A stretch of 21,164 nucleotides of DNA from IMG/VR virus record IMGVR_UViG_3300033120_000816. One strand, written 5' to 3'. Made by a program: the position numbers and the translations under genes. Positions 1 to 8,189 of this stretch are shown one piece after another; the stretch's first letter is position 1, and every line of letters begins with the position of its first letter. Origin of the DNA: a virus. Lineage: Duplodnaviria; Heunggongvirae; Uroviricota; Caudoviricetes. The notes under the pieces were generated by a model. It did no database searches. It saw only the letters and a list, made by a program, of their open reading frames with translations, and was not told the origin of the DNA.

Positions 1-3000
1 CGTAGCAATATCACAAAGGTATGCTGCTGCTTGAAAATCATTCCTAATTTCAAACTGAGAAATTAACACTCTTGACACCTGACCCTTTTCTGATACCACA
101 TTTGGGATATAGAATAACGGCTGAGACAACTGAGTAGGTAAGCCGGGTAATGTCTCTTTGGTGTATATCTCTATCCATAGGTACCTTTTTACAGTATCCG
201 GCTCTGGGTTTACTACAGGGATTACGTAGCACGGGCACTGCTCTCCATAGTAGTTTGCGTACGAGACTCCCGTTAGCGTAGCTCCTTGGTGGTGCTTGTA
301 TGGGAATCCTTCTTTGAATGAGAAAAAGTTCCTGCCAGAGTAGTAGCTACCTATATTCCCATACATTTCTCCAGTGTATGACCTGAACCCTTTTAGTAAG
401 CCGCTCTCAAAATCTACAGCCATCGTTTCATTTAATGGGAGAGATAGCGATGGTTCGTTGTTTATGTATGACCTAGTTATACCTTCTTCTACACTTCTCT
501 GTATAAAAAACGTTAGGTTGTACTCACCCGTTCTTGGATCTATGCCTGCTACTGGATAATATAAATTGCCTGGGTTTCTGTTGGCCATGTTTATGTATGC
601 CAACTTATTCATCAAGTAACCTGAGTAGCCGCCTATTATACCACCCTCTGGGTCAAATGTGCTTATATCTCGGCTGGCGTTGAAGTTGTTTTGTATCAAC
701 CTACCCTCTGAGTCTAACCATATCACTTTGCCTAGATACTTCGCTATGGAGTTTAGGTTTTTGTTTGTGCACCCATACGGTGTCCCTGAAGGTCTCTGTG
801 GGCTGGTAAATGGCCCATACTGATTTGTAGCGCTCACCAATCCGTCTGCGCCTACGCTTAACTGAGATTGATTGAACCCAGATAAGAAGTGGTCTGACTC
901 ACAAATAAACAACACTCTTCCGACTTCCATAAAGGCTGCGTTGATATTCCCCCAGGTGTTGCGGTCAAACTCGTAGATATTCTTATCCTCAAAGTAAGAG
1001 AACCCTGCCAAGTTGCTTCGGTCTGTTGTGGTAGCGCTCAAAGCAACCTCGGTACCTATCCTTCTTTGAGCTTCGTATGGATTAACTGTTCCTACACGAC
1101 CTCTATTTGCTAAGTGGCTACCCCAAAAGTCTGAGGGCGACGGAGACTCAAAATAGAATGGGTATGCAGTGGTGGCATCATTAACACTCATTACCAAAAC
1201 ATTATTGTTGTTGGCAATGTTGTTTGTGGCATATCCGCTACCTGCTAGTGTGCTGTCTAGGTCCGTACTGGTGTACTCTATTGGATTGGGAGGCGTAGCG
1301 CCAGGAGCAAGCGGTCCGGGTTGTCCTTGCAGTATCGGAACGGGGAGTAGTCTTGATAACAAGTAGCTATCAAAGTATGGGATTACACCTATTCTATCTG
1401 CATCAGATATTCTGCCGTCTACTATGTCTATTACCTTGCACTGTTCGTAGTAGATATAGTTGGTTTGACAACTTTTTGGTCTGATAATTCTGAACAGACA
1501 TCCATTGGTTAAATCTAATAGTTCAGCTCTGAAGTCTACAGTAAAGAACAGGCCACTACTGTCATAGGTTACTGCAGAAGTTAATCCCATTGGCAGGAAA
1601 GAACCATCTCCATTCATGAAGAACTGCACCGTATCCCCAGAGGTAGATGTTTGTGTCCCGTCACTTCCGGTTGTTAAGAACTGCCATCTACAGTTAACTA
1701 GGTTGTTGTTGACTTTTTTGTACTCATTCAGTGAACCGTAGTATATTCTGACTTTTGTGGGATTTACCGTGTTTGTGGTGCCAGTGTTATCTATAAACTG
1801 CACATAGTCTGCTGACCAACTTAAAAAGTCCGAGAATATGGTATTCTCGGTTACACAGAAGGTCATTTTCTTAAACACAGAAGGCACTACAAATGAAGGA
1901 TCTATATTATACCCTATCTGCGATAACATAACTGCCGGGTACGGGGGATTGAACGTATCGTTGATGTTGGGCATTGTAACAAACCCACCATCCCCTTGCC
2001 TTATCTGAGCAAATGTTCGTCTGCCTATGTTGTCATATAAGAACACACCAACTCCGTATCTACCCCCAGTCTGCACCCCTTTGCTGCCAGAGGACACAAG
2101 AGACACAAACACATCGTCTAGCACCGTATCTCTATCGCCTCCACAATCCACGTATTCTACTTCCGCGTTGGGGAGATAACTGTCACACCCTCCACACGCT
2201 GTCCACCTACATGCCCCTAGTTGCCCGAATATCAACTCGTCTCCAGAGTTTGCCGGGTCTGAGTAGTCAGGAACAAGATTTGACAGGAATACGTATGGTG
2301 GCGCACTAGGGAACGGGACCGATAGGTAGTCATACCTGTTATGGGCTATGAGTATCACTTTGCCGTTTGAGTCTGTAGTCCCAACAGCACCCTTGGTCAT
2401 AACTATTGGACTGTTTTGTAGCCCAGTTTCTGTATCACATAACAACATAGATTGCTCAACAGTCCTCCTTGCTGCTGCCGGATATTCTGGCATTAACCAA
2501 GTTGGTCCAGCTACAAAAACAGCATTGTACCAGTTACCGCTAAATCCACCACACCCACCAACTCCACTTCCGTTTCCGTGAAGTATACCAAGCCCAAGAT
2601 AATTTATTATCGTTATTGGTGGTTCGTAAGAAGCGCCATCACAGACACTTAAAACTATATCTACAGCACTTATGCCAGAACCCGCACTTTTGGCAAAATA
2701 AAACCCATTGTGATCTGTAAAAAAAGACCCATAACCAATGTCCGTTCCCGGAGAAGCCCCGTTTAACCTCCAAGATATAGGGCTCATTTCTATTGGCACT
2801 CTTTGCCCTTCCTGTTCGCACAAATAACCATCTATGGGTCCAGAAGACCCACCGCTTAAATCCAATATAACAAACATCGGAGACAGAGAGTCTGTATAGT
2901 AAACATCTCCTGCAGTACAATCAATAACCAATTCTTTAATTGGATTTTGAGCGTAGTTCCTTCTGTCAAGTGGAACAAATGCAGCCCCAAGTGTTGTATA

Positions 3001-4665
3001 TCCAGCTACGTAGGTACTGGTTTGTTGATAGTTTACATCTGTAACCTTTGCTTTGTGTGACGCAGCGCGCATAACATACTTGCCTGCTGGCACCCTCATC
3101 ACTATTCTTAACATTGGCTCCCCTAGCGCAGGGTCTAGGACTGAAAAGTCTGGGTTGCTAGTGAAAACTCCTGTAGAGATATTTAAACTACCATACTCAG
3201 CTATGCAGTAGTACTGAGTTCCTGCCATGTAGAATATGAAGCCGGGGTTGTCTTGGTCTCCAAAAACCTGATCTACCTTAAAAGAGTTTGGGGTCCCGCC
3301 AGAACAATCCCCGTCCTCATTCCCCCAAACAACCTTATCAAAAGAATTTCTTATTCTACCACTATCGTCGGATAGTGGGTTGTAGATGCTTGCGTAAAGC
3401 AGTATAGTTCTTACTGGAGGTGCAGAACATGGAGCTTCTTCTGGTATTGCTGGGAAAATATTTATCTTTTCTAGCTCCTCTGGCACCATGGGTTGAAATC
3501 CTCTTACATTGTTTACTAGCGCTACTCTTTTGTTTGGAGAGAAAACACTTGTAGACGATCTAGGAATAGGATTTTCTACCAGTGTCGTTTCTTCTTCAGG
3601 AATAGGCTGGCAGTTTTTATCCGCACAGAATGTGTAATTTATTTTGTTTGTTAGAGGGTTGTAGTAGGTGGTGTTTGGCGCCCTGTCATACCATTGGACA
3701 CCTGGCGCATGTACCCACTTGGTGATAGTATCGTATTTTATCCACCCAGTTTGTAGCGCTCCTGCTCTGTCGTTGCCAACCCATCTTCTGTACTCTATCT
3801 GTATGTAGTCAACTAATGGATTGCCGCCGTCAAAATCTAATAACAGACATCTTGGAGTTGAACTGCTGGGAGATATACACCCACCCCCAACAATACTTAC
3901 CCATGCGTTGCTTATTATACCATGAATACTCTCCCTGCCAAATACGTCTATGAACTTTACTCTGAACTGATAGCCGTTTCTTACGAGCATGTTTTGCTTA
4001 TCGGCGTCTTCTGGCTCTGAGGGAACTTCGTTTACGCCTATACAACTTAACGGAGAAGGAACTCCTAAAGATATTAGGGTGTCTCTGTCATAAAACAACC
4101 CAGCACCATCAAAATACGGGGCTGTAGTAAATGAATCAGTGGCTATTGAGTCTGTAACAGATATGCAGAATTGACCATCCAGTGTGTTGTTGGTAAATAT
4201 TAGGAACTTGTAGTTCGTTTCTTCGCCTGTGTCCGGATCAATGTACGCCTTTAGCTGCATCGTCACCCTGCCAGCGCTTATAAAGTGTTCGGGGTCAAGC
4301 GAGAATGGCAAGTTGTCCCCCTCATAAACCTTAGTTACAGAACCATCGTCACCGGATATTACCCATATACTGTGGGAGTCTAGCGAATTATGCAAAAAGA
4401 AATACCCCTCATTTGTTTCATCGGAACTATAGAAACCAACACACGTATTTTCGCCAACGGAAAATTCGCCAACGGGCATTACCTCATTCCCTTCCATTGG
4501 AGTCCATACGCCAGCATTTGCGCCCGCCCTTGCTTGGGTTTGTGGGTTTTGATTTACTGCCGCAGTCATGTTTTTCATGAACTGCACCATATCCTTTGGT
4601 AGCGACAATTCATCAAGGTCAAGATTGACTCCTTTAAGGAATGTCTGAGGGAACTTGTAAGGCAT
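1..4665 (-). CDS. Large virion protein, probable crAss-type tail stabilisation/muzzle protein (P22 gp10-like); 3'-partial, >=1555 aa
   Basis: Manual translation from ATG at 4665 (MPYKFPQTFLKGVNLDLDELSLPKDMVQFMKNM...) is open to base 1 (...AAAYLCDIAT). The track misses it because no stop lies in the window. The N-terminal GxNxDxD..LP...N motif, YQFRVKFIDVFGRES and C-terminal NPEPDTVKRYLWIEI resemble recalled crAss-like stabilisation-protein motifs. ORF reality is near certain; the product call is less so. Confidence 0.7.
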   Translation of the reverse strand, partial: MPYKFPQTFLKGVNLDLDELSLPKDMVQFMKNMTAAVNQNPQTQARAGANAGVWTPMEGNEVMPVGEFSVGENTCVGFYSSDETNEGYFFLHNSLDSHSIWVISGDDGSVTKVYEGDNLPFSLDPEHFISAGRVTMQLKAYIDPDTGEETNYKFLIFTNNTLDGQFCISVTDSIATDSFTTAPYFDGAGLFYDRDTLISLGVPSPLSCIGVNEVPSEPEDADKQNMLVRNGYQFRVKFIDVFGRESIHGIISNAWVSIVGGGCISPSSSTPRCLLLDFDGGNPLVDYIQIEYRRWVGNDRAGALQTGWIKYDTITKWVHAPGVQWYDRAPNTTYYNPLTNKINYTFCADKNCQPIPEEETTLVENPIPRSSTSVFSPNKRVALVNNVRGFQPMVPEELEKINIFPAIPEEAPCSAPPVRTILLYASIYNPLSDDSGRIRNSFDKVVWGNEDGDCSGGTPNSFKVDQVFGDQDNPGFIFYMAGTQYYCIAEYGSLNISTGVFTSNPDFSVLDPALGEPMLRIVMRVPAGKYVMRAASHKAKVTDVNYQQTSTYVAGYTTLGAAFVPLDRRNYAQNPIKELVIDCTAGDVYYTDSLSPMFVILDLSGGSSGPIDGYLCEQEGQRVPIEMSPISWRLNGASPGTDIGYGSFFTDHNGFYFAKSAGSGISAVDIVLSVCDGASYEPPITIINYLGLGILHGNGSGVGGCGGFSGNWYNAVFVAGPTWLMPEYPAAARRTVEQSMLLCDTETGLQNSPIVMTKGAVGTTDSNGKVILIAHNRYDYLSVPFPSAPPYVFLSNLVPDYSDPANSGDELIFGQLGACRWTACGGCDSYLPNAEVEYVDCGGDRDTVLDDVFVSLVSSGSKGVQTGGRYGVGVFLYDNIGRRTFAQIRQGDGGFVTMPNINDTFNPPYPAVMLSQIGYNIDPSFVVPSVFKKMTFCVTENTIFSDFLSWSADYVQFIDNTGTTNTVNPTKVRIYYGSLNEYKKVNNNLVNCRWQFLTTGSDGTQTSTSGDTVQFFMNGDGSFLPMGLTSAVTYDSSGLFFTVDFRAELLDLTNGCLFRIIRPKSCQTNYIYYEQCKVIDIVDGRISDADRIGVIPYFDSYLLSRLLPVPILQGQPGPLAPGATPPNPIEYTSTDLDSTLAGSGYATNNIANNNNVLVMSVNDATTAYPFYFESPSPSDFWGSHLANRGRVGTVNPYEAQRRIGTEVALSATTTDRSNLAGFSYFEDKNIYEFDRNTWGNINAAFMEVGRVLFICESDHFLSGFNQSQLSVGADGLVSATNQYGPFTSPQRPSGTPYGCTNKNLNSIAKYLGKVIWLDSEGRLIQNNFNASRDISTFDPEGGIIGGYSGYLMNKLAYINMANRNPGNLYYPVAGIDPRTGEYNLTFFIQRSVEEGITRSYINNEPSLSLPLNETMAVDFESGLLKGFRSYTGEMYGNIGSYYSGRNFFSFKEGFPYKHHQGATLTGVSYANYYGEQCPCYVIPVVNPEPDTVKRYLWIEIYTKETLPGLPTQLSQPLFYIPNVVSEKGQVSRVLISQFEIRNDFQAAAYLCDIAT

Positions 4666-4688
4666 GGCTTTTTGTTTTAATTACCCCT

Positions 4689-4706
4689 CAAAGTTATGCA
4701 AAATTA
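4689..4706 (-). promoter_or_regulatory. Two tandem Bacteroidetes -7 boxes (TAATTTTG, TAACTTTG) upstream of the tail gene
   Basis: + strand CAAAGTTA 4689-4696 and CAAAATTA 4699-4706 read TAnnTTTG on the minus strand. No clear -33 TTTG; that zone is occupied by the parS palindrome. Confidence 0.5.
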
Positions 4707-4710
4707 AGAA

Positions 4711-4726
4711 TGTTCCACGTGGAACA
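4711..4726. promoter_or_regulatory. parS: parS-type centromere site TGTTCCACGTGGAACA within a 30-bp perfect palindrome (4704-4733)
   Basis: TTAAGAATGTTCCAC|GTGGAACATTCTTAA read directly. The central 16 bp fit the bacterial chromosomal parS consensus TGTT(T/C)CACGTG(A/G)AACA. Confidence 0.8.
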
Positions 4727-4729
4727 TTC

Positions 4730-5017
4730 TTAAAAACCGTTTGAACAACTTGTGCCAGTCGGGCCATGTACGCTTTGGAGGTACGCCTCTTGTTTATCAC
4801 ATGCTTTAGATGCAGCCTCCTTTGTTTGGTTTGGATACATGTACTTTACCGTTGTGTCTTTGGTTTTCTTACGGTACTTGCAGGTGCACACCCAATTACT
4901 TTTGTTCTCTTCTTTGCTGTTTTGGCAAGAAGAAAAAAGAAGTGCTATTGTTGACAATGAGAAAAATGCCGTTATTGCCGTGAATAGTAACGCTAATTTT
5001 GTTATTGTGGTTTTCAT
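4730..5017 (-). CDS. Small lipoprotein (signal peptidase II type) with four further Cys
   Basis: MKT..K basic N-terminus, hydrophobic stretch, lipobox LFSS-C, then QNSKEE, similar to the Bacteroidetes K(D/E)2 surface-export signal. Confidence 0.75.
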   Translation of the reverse strand: MKTTITKLALLFTAITAFFSLSTIALLFSSCQNSKEENKSNWVCTCKYRKKTKDTTVKYMYPNQTKEAASKACDKQEAYLQSVHGPTGTSCSNGF

Positions 5018-5019
5018 AA

Positions 5020-5469
5020 TTACTGTTTACCATATGAGGCCCTGAGCATCCACGCCATCTTCTCGTGCTGCTCCATGATGCCGGTTAAAAAATTTGCTGT
5101 TCCAAAGTCTTCCGTTTGGTTGACTTCCTTTATGTACTCTCTAAGTTCAGTTATCAATACCTCATGAGCGTCTAGTAGCTCAGGTATTATATCCCCAGAT
5201 AGCTTGTTTATCTTTGTTATGTAGTTACCCGAAACATCCGCAAGCTCTCCCAGTGAGCGTATTCTTTCAGCTATACTATCTACTATGCTAGATATTTCTT
5301 CGTACTGCTTGCCAAACATTTCATGCAGCCCATAGAATGACCTATCAATTACATTCCAGTGAGCATGAAGTGTTTTTATATACAACTCAAACTCGCTAGT
5401 CAGTATGCTTGCTAGGTTTTTTACGGAAGATTCTACCTGCTCTTCGGGAATTCCTATTTCTGGTATCAT
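5020..5469 (-). CDS. dps: Dps family DNA-protection/ferritin-like protein
   Basis: HWNV..F..LH and D.IAERIRSLG ferroxidase motifs; C-terminal DFGTANFLTGIMEQHEKMAWMLRA. Confidence 0.93.
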   Translation of the reverse strand: MIPEIGIPEEQVESSVKNLASILTSEFELYIKTLHAHWNVIDRSFYGLHEMFGKQYEEISSIVDSIAERIRSLGELADVSGNYITKINKLSGDIIPELLDAHEVLITELREYIKEVNQTEDFGTANFLTGIMEQHEKMAWMLRASYGKQ

Positions 5470-5474
5470 AATGC

Positions 5475-5954
5475 TTATTGTTGTGGCTCCTCGGATTGAG
5501 GTTCGCCTATTTTAGTAAGCCTTCTCAGGTTTCTAGCCAATTTCATTGACTCGTCTAGCAAGTTTTTATCAGCAAGTGATAAAGCGTATTTTTGGTCGCA
5601 TGGCAACCCCAGTGTTGCAGCAAATGCTTCAGCGCCAAATTCATTGACTCCGCTTACAATGCTCAGTTTCTTTGTAATTTCCTCTGGGCTGTCAGTGTGA
5701 ACCATCTGCATGTTGTTGGTGTCCAATTCGCAGGAGATGCTCACCAAGTCCAGTGCCTCTAGCTTGCCGTCCCCAAGTTGCTCCAGTTTGTTCTTTCTCA
5801 TATCAAGGACGGCAGACTGTAGGTTCAGCACAATAGACTCTACTGCCTTCTCTCTACTTGTGGCGCCTTCTACGCATACTGGTATCTGAGCGCACTCTGC
5901 ATCAAAGTTGTTCTCTGATACTTCTCTAATGATGATGTTTAATGAAAGTTTCAT
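5475..5954 (-). CDS. Hypothetical protein with HicB-like N-terminal region
   Basis: FDAECAQIPVCVEGATSREKAVESIVLNLQSAV resembles the HicB pattern (A.CP.LPGC...G.T.EEA..NI..A). ATGA overlap with the upstream ORF. Confidence 0.4.
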   Translation of the reverse strand: MKLSLNIIIREVSENNFDAECAQIPVCVEGATSREKAVESIVLNLQSAVLDMRKNKLEQLGDGKLEALDLVSISCELDTNNMQMVHTDSPEEITKKLSIVSGVNEFGAEAFAATLGLPCDQKYALSLADKNLLDESMKLARNLRRLTKIGEPQSEEPQQ

Positions 5955-6364
5955 TGGTTTGTGTGTTTGTTGTTTTTAAGCTCGTAATGCCCTATCTTTT
6001 TTATTATATTTTTGGCTACTGATTTATGTAATTTAACTATCCAACCCTTTGTGTCGTAATTGGTGTTTATAAATATAAAACAATTTTTCTTGAAAAAGTC
6101 TGTCCCTTTGTCGCTTTTTATAAAATACTTTTCAAAGAAAAATGTTGCCTTAACCCAATCTTTAGCCATGTAGTAAAATCTACGCACAACTCCGCCTCTT
6201 TTTAAACTTGCAGCAATTTCGTCTATTAAAAAAACAGGCAATGCAATAATAAGCCACATCAACAACACCAATGGAATAAACAATGGCTTATACTCATCTA
6301 AATCATCGTCTCTGCCAATAAGGTAGGCGTTAATCATTAGGTAGATGTAGATTATGTGTATCAT
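5951..6364 (-). CDS. Hypothetical membrane protein
   Basis: Two N-terminal hydrophobic segments (IIYIYLMINAYLI; LFIPLVLLMWLIIALPVFLI); AC-rich leader before the ATG. Confidence 0.7.
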   Translation of the reverse strand: MIHIIYIYLMINAYLIGRDDDLDEYKPLFIPLVLLMWLIIALPVFLIDEIAASLKRGGVVRRFYYMAKDWVKATFFFEKYFIKSDKGTDFFKKNCFIFINTNYDTKGWIVKLHKSVAKNIIKKIGHYELKNNKHTNQ

Positions 6365-6377
6365 TGTTGTGTGTTTG

Positions 6378-6740
6378 TTATGCTTTAAGGTAATTGTTTA
6401 TTGCTTTATCAGTATTTAGTGTATCCCAAAAACCACTTGATATTTTTCTTAGTTGCTTAAACCCTTCAAGAACCCTTCCAGATTTATACTCAGAAATTCC
6501 CTCAAACCTAAATTTCGTGTACCTATTTTTGCGTATATTGTACGTAGCTACCCCAATAATTCCGATGATTCCATTGCCCAAATATTCAGACAGCCTACCT
6601 TTGTGTGACTCCCAAACCTCAAAACTTATCTTTTCTCCTGTAAGCAATTTAATCGTTGCAATCACCTTGTTTGTTGAAGTGTTATTATCAACAGAAACCA
6701 AGTTGCCATATAGTGTTTTATTAATCTTTACCGTCAGCAT
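6378..6740 (-). CDS. Hypothetical protein, possibly SSB-like OB fold
   Basis: TLYGNL...FEVWESHKGRLSEYLGNGIIGIIG loosely follows the SSB pattern (L.GNL...V.W...AE..YL.KG..V.V.G). Operon position and leader support a real gene. Confidence 0.45.
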   Translation of the reverse strand: MLTVKINKTLYGNLVSVDNNTSTNKVIATIKLLTGEKISFEVWESHKGRLSEYLGNGIIGIIGVATYNIRKNRYTKFRFEGISEYKSGRVLEGFKQLRKISSGFWDTLNTDKAINNYLKA

Positions 6741-6759
6741 GATTTATTGTTGTGTCTTG

Positions 6760-6767
6760 CAAATTTA
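6760..6767 (-). promoter_or_regulatory. Candidate internal -7 promoter box TAAATTTG
   Basis: CAAATTTA on + strand, overlapping the stop codon of 6765-7631 and 20 nt before the next ATG. No -33 match. Confidence 0.4.
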
Positions 6768-7631
6768 CGGAATTATTTCATATCTCTTCTTCTTTTTGCC
6801 GAATGTTATTTCGTGCATGTAGTTGTGATACTTTATTATCTGAGCAATACCCAGTGAGGTTATAATATAGCACACCTTTTTCATAAAGTGCTTGTTTCTT
6901 CCTGGCTCTCCGTCTGATTGTACGTACCTCTTGTTCTCTAGGCTGTTCAAGAATTTACCTACGTACTTGTTCCGATTGGTGAACTGTATGTACTCTGCTA
7001 TCTGCGCTTGGTTTATTGCCTTGTTCCGGTGCTTGAATAAGATGGAGAGTATCATCAACTCGTTTTGATTGACATTCAGGTTTTCTTCCACCCAGTCAAA
7101 GGAGTTGATTTGATTACATAGCAGAGTTGTGTAGTCCTCGTAGGCTCTCTCTGCTTCTCTGCCCTCTACGTCTTTGTATGCTTTTTTGAATAGCTTGCCA
7201 TTTCGTATTATCTCCTTGGCGTACTGGCTCGTTTGGTATGCTTGTGAGTGACTTAGCTGTGCTGCTATTTGCAAGCCCACCATTTGACTATTGCTATTCG
7301 TGATGAAGATATTAGACTCCACCATCTTCTGTATCAGGTCCCGGCGCTTGAGTGGGAAAGACGCTTGCTCAAAGCTGTTGTCCACCATACCCAGTATATC
7401 GTCAGCGTTGTTGGCAAATATCTGAACCCATTGGACTCCTATCTTAGTTAGAGTGCACTCTATCTCCTCCTTGGATGCTGTACGGCAAAACTTATCCAGA
7501 GAGAGGTTAGATTTGAATATCTGCCTCTCTTCTGGGGTTAGTCTTGCTTTCTCTTCTGGGGTTGCCACCTTTAACCTAACGTATGCGTAGTTGCTAAGTT
7601 GCTGGTTGTGGGCTTTAAATCTTGCTTTCAA
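6765..7631 (-). CDS. Protein with C-terminal MarR-like winged helix-turn-helix
   Basis: LNVNQNELMILSILF...INQAQIAE...FLNSLENKRYVQ...YIITSLG fits the MarR/wHTH pattern. TTG start after the aaacacacacaa leader. The N-terminal ~170 aa are unrecognised. Confidence 0.6.
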   Translation of the reverse strand: MKARFKAHNQQLSNYAYVRLKVATPEEKARLTPEERQIFKSNLSLDKFCRTASKEEIECTLTKIGVQWVQIFANNADDILGMVDNSFEQASFPLKRRDLIQKMVESNIFITNSNSQMVGLQIAAQLSHSQAYQTSQYAKEIIRNGKLFKKAYKDVEGREAERAYEDYTTLLCNQINSFDWVEENLNVNQNELMILSILFKHRNKAINQAQIAEYIQFTNRNKYVGKFLNSLENKRYVQSDGEPGRNKHFMKKVCYIITSLGIAQIIKYHNYMHEITFGKKKKRYEIIP

Positions 7632-7641
7632 TTGTGTGTGT

Positions 7642-8187
7642 TTAGAAATTCACTATATCAACGGTTTCTGCACATATTTTTGCAGCCCAGCCCATCATTC
7701 TCTTTATGTCGTCGTCGGTTACTTCATATCCTTCTGGCTTCTTGGATATTTCCGCTACGAGAATATCTTTAGCGTAAGCAGTAGCAAAGGTAATCATTTT
7801 GCCACTTGCGTTTAGTGTGTACATGTTGTTCTCGGTGGGTGGCTCTTGGCGAGCTGCGGGGGCTTGGGAATGCTGTACGGATGGTGTGGATGTTGGGACT
7901 CTTCCGCTTGCTGCTGGTGGCTCAGTGGGTTGTATATCCATTGTGAAGTGTGGTGCTGGGCTTATTGCAACACACTGAACCCACTGCATAACACCTTCCA
8001 CAAAATCTGGGCGCACACCTTCTAAGGTGAATGTTTCGCAGATTGCAGTTTCCCCAGCTTGGTTTTGAATGTGGATGTCGTGCCTGCACTTAACTCCTGC
8101 CTTGAATGGAACGGTTTTAACGCATAGATCTATCTTTGTGACCTTTACTTGAGCTTTTTGCCCTCTCTCTATTTTTAAAGTAGCCAT
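7642..8187 (-). CDS. Hypothetical protein: beta-rich (OB-like) N-domain, Pro/Ala/Thr linker, helical C-domain; possible ssDNA-binding protein
   Basis: Start moved from 8241 to ATG 8187 (MATLKIERG), which follows the aatagcacacacaac leader; the track start overlaps the upstream gene. Confidence 0.5.
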   Translation of the reverse strand: MATLKIERGQKAQVKVTKIDLCVKTVPFKAGVKCRHDIHIQNQAGETAICETFTLEGVRPDFVEGVMQWVQCVAISPAPHFTMDIQPTEPPAASGRVPTSTPSVQHSQAPAARQEPPTENNMYTLNASGKMITFATAYAKDILVAEISKKPEGYEVTDDDIKRMMGWAAKICAETVDIVNF

Positions 8188-8189
8188 GT

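Noticed and set aside
50-4602. Short track ORFs (50-238, 374-559, 1169-1366, 2013-2309, 2348-2581, 2639-2920, 4390-4602)
   Set aside because: All are antisense or out-of-frame shadows of the continuous 1-4665 minus-strand gene.
7675-7682. Antisense -7 box TATTTTTG on the + strand
   Set aside because: It lies inside a coding region with no -33 element; such 6-of-8 matches are expected by chance in AT-rich DNA.
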